Shown here piece by piece: positions 52,200 to 64,000 of a stretch of 64,000 bases of DNA; within the stretch, counting starts at the first letter, position 1; every line of letters begins with the position of its first letter. The DNA comes from Octopus sinensis (taxonomy: Eukaryota), in NCBI RefSeq assembly GCF_006345805.1, contig NC_043006.1, positions 31,248,001 through 31,312,000 on the forward strand, read 5' to 3'. A model generated the notes under the pieces. The model worked only from the letters and a program-made list of their open reading frames with translations, was not told the DNA's origin and searched no databases. The translations under genes and the position numbers were made by a program.

Positions 52200-52510
52200 T
52201 TTACTGTATAACTACAAATCAGCTTTCAAGTAGGCACATGCATCTGGGCCATGAAAAGCTCGTATTTATAACAGAAAATCTCAAACAATATCATCCAGTG
52301 TGATCTTTCCTATGATTAAGGCGAAAAAGTACGATTTAAGGGAGTGGGGTTGTCATTTCTAGCAAGCCGCCTGCCGACATAATTCCTATTTGGCTCATAA
52401 GTGAGTGCTTAGCCCCAAAAGTTAAATGCTTTGTTTTGATTTTAATGCAGTCTCTATATGTCCCAACGTATCTATCTATCTATATCTATCTATCTATCTA
52501 TCTATCTATG

Positions 52511-52598
<88 letters not shown>

Positions 52599-52708
52599 AA
52601 TCAGTTTATTTATCTATCTACCTGTTTGTCTGTCTGACTGTCTGTTTGTCTGTCTATCTATCTATCTGTCTATCTGTATATTTATCTCTCTCTCTCTCTC
52701 TCTCTCTT

Positions 52709-52758
<50 letters not shown>

Positions 52759-52952
52759 CATGCATGTATGTATGTGTACGTGTGTGTGTGTGCATACATA
52801 TACGTAAATATATACATATATATGCATATATGTATGTATATATATGTGTTTTTATACAAATGTACATTTGTGCGCGTATGTATATATTTATGTATGTATG
52901 CATGAATGCAGTTTTTCTTTTATCTGTTAGTCTCTCTTTCTCTCTCTTTGTT

Positions 52953-52984
<32 letters not shown>

Positions 52985-53124
52985 GTATGTATATATGTAT
53001 ATATATTAATAAATAAAACATATGCATATATATATTAATAAATAAAACATATGCATATATATATATACACATATGTACGTACCTACCTCTACATGTATAT
53101 ATACACGCATATATGGGTACAGGA

Positions 53125-53490
53125 CACCAAAATACCCATCATGACTACCAGTCTGATAAGGGTACACTAGGCACATGCATCACAACCATATGTGCGCATC
53201 ATGGTGATCTCATATCAAGATAAACAGCACATGACCTTGCAGGTGGGGCCCTGTTAGAATTTTCTTCTGGTTGAGTAACCCATCCCACTCAAAAGGTCCC
53301 TGAATAAGGTTTCCAGAGGTGAATTATTCAAACCCCAAAGAGTCCCTCTCAACACATGGCTATGATGCTCCCCCACTACTTCTGCTCGTGATCAGAGATG
53401 CACATATCATCAGCCACTAAGGGACATGCTCAACTGGTTAAGGCCAAACAAGTGACAAGCAAATCTGTGATATTGAGCAGAATATTTGCT
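53125..53490. repeat. Unclassified interspersed-repeat-like segment between microsatellites
   Basis: Complex non-coding segment bounded by (TA)n and (TTA)n; no second copy in the window. Confidence 0.35.
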
Positions 53491-53545
<55 letters not shown>

Positions 53546-56500
53546 GGCCGCCATACTGTGAAGTCACAGAACTTTTGTACTCCATAAGTTGAAAAAGCGC
53601 TTGTAATCTTTTCGGTCTTCTAGGGCCCGTCTTTTCATTTCTATTGTTACCATTACATTTCTGAGATTGTGTGGACTGCGCAGATAGTATTTTTCTGTAG
53701 AAACACCCCCTGTTTTGCAGAGGGTGCGTTTCAATAATTTTAAAATTTTTAACTGCTTTCGGCAAAAACAAATATTTTGCAATTTTTTGTAATTATTTAA
53801 AGATGGCTGATAAAAAAATAACCATTCGACAAAGGAACGCGCTCCTTGTCGGAAGAAATTGAGAACGAGGGAAAATTTGAGAATATAAATATCGAATGGC
53901 CTAAATTTAATGACGTCACCGAGACGAAAATGTTTCGTCTCTAAGCAACATCGAAACTTTCGGTGTCGACAACGAGAACAACAGCAACAGCAGCAGCAGT
54001 GACAACAGCAACAGCAACAACAATAACAACAACAACAGTAACATCTTCAACAATACGAAAGAAATGAAACATAAAAACGCAAATGTTGACTCTGCGTCTT
54101 TTGCGTCAGCGGCGAGAAATATGGAAAGTTTCCACATAGATGATCGAGAATTAAAATTGGCAAAAATAATTGTAAAAAGAAAAGGGAGAAGAGTAGATCT
54201 AAACCCTCCATCGGACGTATTAGAAAATATCGCAAAATGCATGGTAACAGACCGTTGCATCGGAGTCAAGTCTCGGCGGGTGGAAAATGTTCCTGAGAGC
54301 GAAGTACAAAAATGCCTTGGGTGGGTGTGGGAACAAAAGACCCGCATTGCCCGAAGAAAGAAGTTTGGAACCATTGAGTTGAGATTTGGGACGGAAGAAG
54401 AAGCTAGATGTAATTCCTCAACCACTTTGAGGAATGACAACTTTTTCTTAATCCACAGCTATCGTGGCCAATGTCTTGCCAAGATTAGGGTGCTGAATGT
54501 GTCGCCAGAAATATCCATTACCTGGTTAGTGGCGGCCATGTTTGCAGGTTTAGAAGAAGACGAAGTCGCAATATTGGAGGTCAAGAAACTACCCAAGTAA
54601 AACTGGTTAAGTTTAAGTATGGAACTGACCTTGCAATGCAAGCAGGACCATATTGACCAGCTGCCCGATCTAATCGATCTCTCGGATGGTACTCACCTGT
54701 CAGTGTTCGTGGAGGGTAGAAACCCAAGCTGCCACACATGTGGATCTGTAAGTAAATCTCTTAAAGGCTTTCTGCTCTGAAACAAAGGAAAACAAAGTCC
54801 CACTGCTGTCAACATTACAAACCCCACAAGCACAAAATCATAAACAAGTACTCAAGACTCCTACACCTACCCACACATCCACTCCCAAACCAAGAAAAAA
54901 AAGGAGTCTACCTCCAGTTGCCATGGAAAAGCAAGCTTTTCCCGAACACTCTATCTCCCAAACCAAGTGCAATGACATGGAGAAAGAACAGCTGAAAGGA
55001 AAATGGATCACAGTGACAAAAGCGGGTAGGTGAAAGAGGAGGAGAATACATAGTCCTACTTCAAGACCTCAACAAAAAGATATACAGAAACCACAACTGT
55101 AACACAATTTACAACCAGCCCAACAAAAACGACAAGAACAACTTCAAAAACAGCAACATCATCAACAGCATCAGGAAATCACAGAAACAACCAATTACGG
55201 AACTTCAAAAACAGGAATTTTCACCAGACTATAGATGAAAAGTATCCATCAATTTCACTGTTGTGGACAATTGCAACAGTAAAGTCCTGAGATAATAGTC
55301 TCCGTCAACTGCCACTTAACTAGTTCACTAATCCGGTCCCTGTAGTCTTTGCGAGTCGGTAAGGACGCATTCAGCTTACAGTAACCGGGTCCCTGTCTAC
55401 GGGTCTTATCTAAATCGACTGAGCATATCACAAATTTGTGATCTGAGCTGGATTCTGTAAGTCTAACAAAAATATAATAGAGACAGAGCGAAAGGAATTT
55501 GAGGATTTCATCTTCAAAACCTGCAAGGACAGACTCTTAATTCTAAATGTCATCGGATGTTTATAAAACTATAAAAAAAAATTCCCATGTAACATGGGAA
55601 TTTTTGAAAAAGATCAGTTGATAAAAGGCTGTTTAAGGGCCTTTAAAAAATTTTTCTGCAAGTAGGGAGGCCCAGAAACTCTGGGCTTCTTGAAAATCAA
55701 GGTGAATAACCTCCTCTTTTTCTTTCTCCGACTAGCATGACTCTGGTGAGAATGGGATGTGTGAATGTGCGTGGCCTGGGATCAGATTAGAAGCAGGGTC
55801 ACTTGCTCAATGATCTCAAGTCGCTTGATTTGGATCTGGCTACCCTTAGTGAAACAAGGATCTCCGGAAAACATGCTCTAGCACCTATTTTCGAGGACTA
55901 GGAGATATTTTCATCTTGTGGTCTATCGGGAGCGGGTGGCGATGTAGCAGTGCTACTCCGGAAATCATTAGATCTCCAAGTACTACTCCAGAAATCTTTA
56001 GATCTCCAACAGGGGCTGGGAGGTCGAATTTCTTCAGGCATCTAGAAACATTCTTAGGAACGTCTCGTACTTTAGTACCAGAGGGGACTGGAATAGTATT
56101 TTGGACGCGCGGAAGGACTGTGTGGGTTTAGGACATAGTAGCAGTGGGTGTAAAAGCTACTCAGGACTTTACAGTTTTCTGACAGGAACCAACTGGATTT
56201 GTTATTTATTAGGCCAGAGGCTAGGGATAGCATAAGTTGTCCACAATTTAAATTCGTTGGCTACTCAGATTACAAATATGTGATATGCTCAGTCGATTTA
56301 GATAGGACCCGTAGACAGGGATCCGGTTACTGTAAGTTGAATGCGCCCTTACCGACTCGCAAAGACTACAGGGACCGGATTAGTGAACTAGTTAAGTGGC
56401 AGTTGACGGAGGCTATCATCAACAACAGGTGGTGGATCGCTTTGAAGAGAGCTATTACAGTAGAATCGATGGCGTTTGGCAAAGATTTAACAACAGAAAG

Positions 56501-56944
56501 AAATAGATTAGAGGGAGAACTTATTAGTAAACTAGAAGAGGCTGTTAGTAAAGGCATCACGACCGACATGTTAGCGGTGAGAATGGCCTTACCATTTTTT
56601 TAGGCGAAACTGAAAGGTGCATTGTCAGAGCTAAGGCCCGTGCGCTAAAACACGAACGAACTAAAGCCGTCCGGTGGGCCCGAACGGTAGAGACGTGACG
56701 TGGAAACAAAACCACGATCAAGTCTTTGACGGATCAGGACGAACACGGGCAACTCAATTCTGAGCAGATGTGTGCGGCTTTCTAGCAGCACTTTGCCCGG
56801 CTGTTTGGGGAGGGTGATAGGTCGACGACGGCGGCGAACTTTATTTCGTACCTAGACGGCCTACCACGGCTCTTGATGACGGACGTGAGATTCTGCGAAA
56901 AGCCGATTACTGTTTCCGAAGTACAGGAGGCAATGAGCGATTGC
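53546..56944 (+). mobile_element. Decayed L1/Tx1-clade LINE (5' UTR, ORF1, APE endonuclease of ORF2), truncated before the RT
   Basis: ORF 54064-54600 continues past a stop to VFVEGRNPSCHTCGS (knuckle-like). ORF2 from 55737 reads MTLVRMGCVNVRGL...ATLSET...GDVAVLL (APE), then SDYKYV...GSGYCKLN. Confidence 0.8.
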
Positions 56945-56946
56945 AT

Positions 56947-58260
56947 AATGGAATTTGGGATAGAAAAGTGCGCTATATGGAAAATGAAACACGAAAGATT
57001 TGAAAGAAGCCGGGGAACTGAAATACCAAATGGACAAACGAGAGAGGTTGAGTAAAGACAGTGGTATAAGTACCTGGGAAAACTGGAAACAGAGGAGATA
57101 ATAATGAAGAAATGAAACAAATTACCAATAGAGAGTACACAAGGAGAGTCAGAAAATTATTGCAGTCAAAGCTGAATTCGAAAAATCTTATTGAAGCAAT
57201 AAATTCAAGAGCAGTACCCTTAATCAGATTTGGGGTTGGAATTATGGACTGAACCAAAAACGATATAAAGAAACTTGACAGAAAAACTAGGATGTTATTG
57301 ACGAGGTATGGAGCCCACCATCCGAAAGCTGGTACAAAGCAGCTGTACTTGAGGAGGGTGGAAGGGGCTTAATAACAGTAGAGGAATGTGTATAGATCGA
57401 AAGAAAAAGCCTAGTAGAGGATTTACAGAGCAGCACAGAAAATCTACTAAAAACAGTTAATATGAGAAAAGGACAAGAGCGAAATCAAAGAAATCAAAGA
57501 AAGCAGAATGAAGAGAAACTTTTGTATGACCAATTTTGGAGAACCAATGAAGACGTATGTAGAACAAAATCCTGGGTTTGGTTTTAAAAAAGCGACAATT
57601 AAAAAGAGAAACAGAGAGCCTAATTGTAGCAGCCCAAGATCAAGCGATAAAAACAAACAACTTGAGAAATATATATATGGAGAGAATGTGTCCGAAAAAT
57701 GTAGAGCCTGTGGAACTTGGAAAGAGACATTAGTACACATTATGACAGAATGCCCCTAGTTGGCACAGGAAGAATTTAAGAAATGGAGGAACGACCAGGT
57801 TGTAAAAGCTTCACAATGGAAAATGTGGAAATGTGCTAGAAATACATGGTACAATCGCCGAGTCGAAAGAGTACTGGAGTCGGAAAAATGTAAGATTTTG
57901 TGGGACTCTCCTATTCAAAGGGACAAGAAGTTAGAAAATAATAGATCAGATATTACAATCATAAGATAAGGAAAAGCGAAGTTGCTTACATATCCACGCA
58001 TCGTGCATGTTATATTCCAGGATCGTAAAGAAAGCGAACGAAAAGAAAAAATATAATGCCTTTAAAATTTGAAATAGGAAGAATTTGGAGCATAAAAACA
58101 GTAAAGGTCATGCCTATAATAATATAACGACAGCAAAGATTATCAGGAGGGTCCTATGCACTTGAAAGACTGTTGAAAACTTGTGGATACCTAAGGTTAC
58201 AGGTAGTGACATGTTACCTACATAAAAGCTACCTAGAATAAGACCAAACCTGAGCCAAAC
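56947..58260 (+). mobile_element. Decayed R4/Dong-like RLE LINE, 3' half
   Basis: MEFGIEKCA, YKYLG, KCRACGTWKETLVHIMTEC (CCHC) and KILWDSPIQRD...NRSDI; ends at (AAT)n. Confidence 0.85.
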
Positions 58261-58271
58261 CAATAATAATA

Positions 58272-58312
<41 letters not shown>

Positions 58313-58329
58313 CATTATTATTATTATTC

Positions 58330-59590
58330 AGTAGTTTTATTTTTATAGCGTGCTTTCACTTCACTACCGAGCGCAGTTCTGTGTGCCTTAGGTATGTGCT
58401 GTGATTTGTTGTGATGCTCTATGGTTATTATATGGAAAGTGTCCTGCGTAGGATGTGTGCAGTGCCTAGTAGTGCAACTTTCTGTATGTTATATGTGTTT
58501 GTAAGTCCTGGTATTTTTGTTATATATTTGTCTGAATATTTTTTTTTCATGCCTAATGCACCTACTATGATAGGAATTGTTTCTGTTTTTAGATTCCACA
58601 TTCTGGTTACCTCTATTTCCAGGTCTTTGTATTTTGAAAGTTTCTCCATTTCTTTTAGAGACACGTTGTCATCTGCCCGTATTGATACATCAATTAGAAG
58701 GCATTTTTTTCCTTCATGATCTCTGACAACTATATCTGGTCTGTTAGCCTTAATTTCTCTATCTGTGTGTATCGGCATATCCCAGAGTATGGTTGCTTTC
58801 TCGTTTTCTGTGACCTTTTCTGGTGTGTGCCTATACCATCTTTTTTCTGTTGTTATTCCATAATGTTGGCATAGCTTCCAGTGTATGTAGGTTCCAACTC
58901 TGTCATGTCTGTGAATATATTCCTTCTTAGCCAGGACTGGGCAGCCAGAGATAATATGATTTATTGTTTCTTGTCCATTTCCACATATTCTGCAGTTACT
59001 TGTTATATTTCTTTTCATTACATGTTTTTGGTAATTTCTGGTGGGGAGGCTTTGGTCTTGTGCTGCAATTAAAAATCCCTCTGTCCCTGCTTTGAGTCCT
59101 GAGCTTCTCAACCATTGCTGGGATTTTTCTTTGTCTATTTCTTTTGCGTTTAGTTTAGTCCAGTATTTACCATGAAGGGGTTTTTCTTGCCATCGTTTTA
59201 TCATGGTTCGTTGCTGTTCTATTTTTAGTTTGGATTTCATTTGTTTTATAGCTTTTGTTGTTTCTTCATCTTCTTCTTCTTCTTCATATTTATTAGGTGG
59301 TATGATTTCTTGTTTGTATTGTCAGCTTCCTTAAATACTGAGAACAGTTTTTTGTTTTGCTCGTGTTTGGCCGCTATTGTATCAGTTTCCTCCTTCTGAA
59401 GTAGATATTTTTGCAGTCCTTGGTGGTTATTTTATAGTAGTTTTCCAGTTGTATAAGGCCTCTACCACCTTCTATACGTTGTATATATAGTCTTTCTATG
59501 TCAGATTTTGGGTGATGCATCCTAGATCCTGTCATTATTTTTCTTGTTTTCTTATCTATTTTGGTCAGTTCATTTAGTGTCCAGTTAAGG
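58330..59590 (-). mobile_element. 5'-truncated R4/Dong-like RLE LINE; ORF 58428-59240 (CCHC + RLE) open
   Basis: CRICGNGQETINHIISGC; NRPDIVVRD...LLIDVSI...EKLSKYKDL; flanked by (TAA)n on both sides. Confidence 0.93.
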
Positions 59591-59639
59591 ATATAATAAT
59601 AACTATCATTATTATTATTATTATTGTTGTGTGTTGTTG

Positions 59640-59680
<41 letters not shown>

Positions 59681-59722
59681 GTTATTATAATTATTATTTA
59701 TTATTATTATTATTATTATTAT

Positions 59723-62700
59723 CTTTTTTTCTTCTTTCAAATTTGCTTCCATTTCTTGCCGGGTGTCTTCCCGACTCCTAGGGCAAAGAAACTCATAGTA
59801 TACATTGGTAGGCCATTAAACTAAACTCACTAGTTCGTTCATTTTTTTAAAAATTTTATTTTAAAGTTAAATTAAAATACATGGGTAGTAATAGTTCTCA
59901 CATCGACAATGCTCTTCTCAATACGTGTGATGTACCAGTTAAGTCAATCTTTTGCACTTCTTGCAGGGATGGTAAGCCAGGGATCATTCTCATATAATTT
60001 TCGGTTCCCTTCTTGATCATTCCTAGTGCTCCTACGATCACTGGTATTGTAACCGCCTTGAGATGCCACATTTTCTCAATTTCAATGAGCAGGTCTTTAT
60101 ATTTTCTGAGCTTGTCAAACTCTTTCGCCGAGATATTATGATCACAGAGGATGCTCATGTCGATCAATAAGCAAACTTTATTGTTTTGGTCTTTCACAAC
60201 AATATCTGGTTTATTGGCTTTGATGGTTCGGTCTGTATGTACTGGAAAGTCCCACAGAATCGTTACATTTTCTCCTTCAGTTACAGCTTCAGGGTGGTGA
60301 TTATACCACTTGTCGGCAGTTTTGATATTGTAATGCCGACTTATTAGCCAGTGTAGACATTGGCCAACTCTGTCATGTCTTAATTTATACTCCACTGGTG
60401 CTAAGACTTTACATCCAGAGATTGGGTGGTCCACTGTTTCAATCATGTCGTTGCAGAATCGGCATTTTGGGTCTGCTCCATTTTTCATCACATTGGCCTG
60501 GTAGTTCCGGGTTAATAGGCTTTGATCTTGAGCAGCCAGGATGAAACCTTCGCTCTCTGCTTTTAGCCCTGAGCTCCGTAGCCACTGATGGGTTTGCTTC
60601 TGGTCAACATCAGCTTGTTTGCTGCGGGCCACATATTTGCCGTGCAGAGGTTTCTCCTCCCACCTATCAGCCAATTGCTCGTGCGCTTTTTTTGTTGCCA
60701 TTATTTTCACCTTCTTTGCAACAATAGTTGCCGTACTTCCCTCGGGTTGTTCAGTTTGGGTATCCTGCACGAGATCAATAGCAAATCTTTTGCTTTCCTT
60801 TATGATAGAATGAAGCTTCTTTCGTCTGTCGTGATTTTCCATGAGCTTTAGCATCCAGTCATTCCTTATTTCGAGATATTTGGCCAGTCCAATTGTGGTT
60901 GTTTTGTAAGCTAGTTCAAATTGGATCAGGCCTCGACCTCCTTGGGCTCTGGGAAGGTAAAGGCGATCTACGTCTGCCTTTGGGTGGTGCATCCTATTAC
61001 AACTCAGCAGCTTGCGTATTTTCTTATCTATATTCTTTACTTCACTCATATTCCAGTTCAATACATTGTAGCTATAAGTAACAATTGGAACTGCTAAGGA
61101 ATTTATAGCTAACACCTTGTTACGTGCATTTAGTTCAGATTTCAGGACTGCACGAACTCTCCTATAACATTTCTTCCTGATATTATCTTTCATGTTTGCA
61201 TGAAAGATAAGCAGAGCCTTCATTTATCCCTAAATATTTGTATGTTTGTTCTTGCTCAAGTTCTCTTATGACTGTGTCAACATCTAACACGACTGAATTT
61301 GTGGTCTTCACTTTCCCTTTTTGGAAAGTGGCCTTGGCACACTTCTCAAGCCCAAACTCCATCCCGATGTCATCGCTGAATGCTTTTACAGTGCGCAATA
61401 GGCCTTCAAGTTCATTATCGTCTTTACCATAGAGTTTTAAGTCATCCATATAAAATAGATGGCTTATTTTTTTATTGGCAATTTTATACCCATACCCTGT
61501 TCTGTTTAATTCACTTGTAAGGGGTATTAGAGCTATGCAGAATATTAAAGGTGAAAGTGAGTCACCTTGAAAAATTCCACAGTTGATGTTTATATTTTCT
61601 GAGGCAAGTACTCCATTAGAGTGGTATAATTGGAGATTCGTATTCCACAACTACATATTGTGCTTCAGGAAGCTTGAAATCACAGGGGAAATTTTGAAGA
61701 TGTCCAGCGATCTCAAGATCCATGGATGCGGTATACTGTCGAAAGCCTTTTTATAGTCAATCCATGCGGAGCTGAGATTTCTGCGCTTGTTGTGACAGTT
61801 CTCAAGGATCATACGATTAATTAGCAGTTGATCTTTGCATCCGTATGAGCCTCGGCGGCACCCTTTTTGTTCAATGGGGAAAATATCGTTCTTCTCCATG
61901 AATGCATATGTTTTCTCCGCCAGGATAGAAGTTAGGATTTTATACGTGGTGGATAGACAGGTTATAGGCCGATAGTTTTTTGGAAGGTTGGTTTCGTTAT
62001 TCTTTGGGAGTAGGTAAGTAATACCACTTGCTAACCATTCAGGTGTTTTCTTTGGGTCTCTCATAATTCCATTGAGCAGCTGAACTAGCTTACCGTGTGC
62101 ACATGGGAGCGATGCGAGCCAGAAATTCGGCACCCTGTCTTTACCGGGGGATTTCCAATTATGGGCCTTCGTGAGTGCTTTTCTTAGGTCTGCTATTGTG
62201 ATGTCTTCCCATGCTTGTTGTAAATTTTGGTAGGATCCTTCTGTTTGTATAATCCAGTCTGCATTTATGTTGTACGTCTTCTTGTCACTCCAAATCCTTT
62301 TCCAAAAGTCTTGAACTTCTTCCATGGGAGGGGGGGGTCTTTAACAGTTACTTTCTCCTTCCCTATTTCTCTGTAGAATTTTTTGGCATTGGATGTAAAC
62401 AGCTTATTTTGCTTGTAAAACTTGTTTCTCTTCTCAAATCTTCGTATTCTTTGGGCTTTTGCTTGGACTTTTTGTTTCAGCGTTTCTTTTATTGATATCA
62501 GTTCTTCTCTTGGTGAGGATCCAAATTTTCTCTTCATCTTTCTTCCTGTTCTGGATCTTACATCATTTCCACTTATTAGTTCGTTTAATATTAATATTTC
62601 CCCTCTCATAAATTCAATCTCTTTTTCAATTTTACTTCTCCAGGTTTGATTTCTTCCCAGGTTTGGTTTTCTTTTTATTTTCGGGGGCATACAGCTGGTT

Positions 62701-62935
62701 TCAATTGCCCCAGCAGAAGCGTAAATAATTTCATTTAACTCAGTAAAATCAGGTTTTAATTCTTGTATTATTTCATTTGTTACATAGTTGCTAATTTGGA
62801 TTTGTTTTTTTATTTTGGTTTGTATTTGAGAGTTTATGAAGTGGTTCTCTATCATTCATACTTGTATGTCTTACAACTTCAAGCGTATTCAGGATTTTCT
62901 GCCTCATTTCTGCTATAGACTCTCTGTGTTCTCCA
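59723..62935 (-). mobile_element. Near-complete R4/Dong-like RLE LINE ORF (RT, CCHC, RLE) with a few frameshifts
   Basis: ORFs 62265-62855, 61651-62325 (KSPGKD, NYRPITCL, DYKKAFDS), 61183-61650 (QGDSLSP, YMDD, YKYLG) and 59898-61223 (CRFC..ETVDH...C, KPDIV...DKLRKY); 3' end followed by (TAA)n. Confidence 0.95.
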
Positions 62936-64000
62936 TCATCATCATCATTGTTCGACCGTGGTCGAGACAATGGAATTTACCATGTTGCGCCAGACTTCAC
63001 GGTCCATCATAGCATTACGGAGGTCCTGTTTCTGGATGCCTGTATCCCTGGAGATTACATCAGGGTAGGAAAGTGTGCGCCCTCTGGTGTTGCGAGTAGA
63101 TGGCTTCCAGAGGAGAAGAGTAGAAATTACTTCTTTTTCAGCTCTACAACAATGTCCAGCAAACTGGACTCTCCTACCTTTCACAAGAGATGACACAGGT
63201 GGTAATTTCCCATATATTTGCATTTTAGTTGGATGGCGCCTCCACGAGAGATTTTGAGCTCTCATAAGGAGGCGAGTGTAGGTTCCATCCAACCGCCTCT
63301 CAAGCTTCTTTGATAACGTCCAGGTTTCTGAGCCATATAGTAGAATTGGTTCGACTGTGGCTTTGAATATTTCAAGTTTGAAGTCTCTACTTAGATTTGA
63401 TGACCAGATCTTATGCATGTCATTACAGGCTGACCAGGCCATACCCTTTCTAGTTAGAAAGTCTTTTCCAGATGATGATATGTATGACCCAAGATATTTA
63501 TAATCAGAAACCATATTTAAAGGTGCACTGTTGAGAGTATGGATGATGCAATCACTGTTGGACAGGCACTTGTTTATGTATTCAGTTTTGGTCTCATTGA
63601 GGTAAAGACCTACACAATTTGAGGCTTGTTCAAGAGATTGTAAAAGAGACTGGGCATTGGAGAGAGAATCACTGATAAGAGCGATGTCGTCAGCAAAGTC
63701 AGTGTCTGTCAAGTACTCAGCTGGGTGTCTGGAACTTCTTCTTGGTTTTATTTCAAAGCCCTTGCCAGAGATGGTATCAACTGACATACGTAGCACATAA
63801 TCAACAACAATGATGAAAAGAAATGGGGCGAGTGTGTCTCCCTGCAGTATTCCGGCCTCGATCGAGAAAGATGATGTTTCTCCATCAGGGGTTAAGATGG
63901 TTGAAGACGTATCTGTGTAGAGGACCTTGATGGCAGAAATAATTTTGTCTGGTATCCCATAGAGCTTAAGGATTTCAAACATCTTGTACCTATCTACAGA
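62930..64000 (-). mobile_element. RTE-clade LINE; uninterrupted 345-aa RT/C-terminal ORF (62945-63982), continuing beyond the window
   Basis: QGDTLAPFLF, DFADD, YKYLGS, LLYGSETW, FAGH motifs; (TGA)n 3' tail abuts the Dong-like ORF. Confidence 0.95.

Overview
Eukaryotic, repeat-saturated, AT-rich non-coding DNA with one 100-N assembly gap (20729-20828). The SINE families and the extreme density of (CA)n, (TA)n, (TACA)n, (TATC)n and triplet microsatellites suggest an Octopus (coleoid cephalopod) genome; this is inferred, not verified. I found no host protein-coding gene, rRNA, true tRNA or CRISPR array. Most ORFs in the supplied track are microsatellite read-through. Real coding remnants are all transposon-derived: a FLYWCH-MULE (Phantom-like) transposase, Tc1/mariner elements, Penelope-like elements (PLEs), RTE LINEs, an L1/Tx1-like LINE, and several R4/Dong-like RLE LINEs stacked in (TAA)n arrays. 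Non-autonomous elements include hAT MITEs, a foldback MITE, a Helitron-like element and many tRNA-derived SINEs; families A, B and C are labels local to this report. The main hidden signal is eight type I hammerhead ribozyme motifs from four structural families, plus decayed copies. They have short or palindromic stem III (probably dimer-dependent) and compensatory base changes in stem I, and several sit in PLE terminal-repeat-like or inverted-repeat cassettes. Folds were done by eye and activity is untested. Hammerhead coordinates were counted by base; boundaries of decayed elements are approximate (+/- 10-50 bp).
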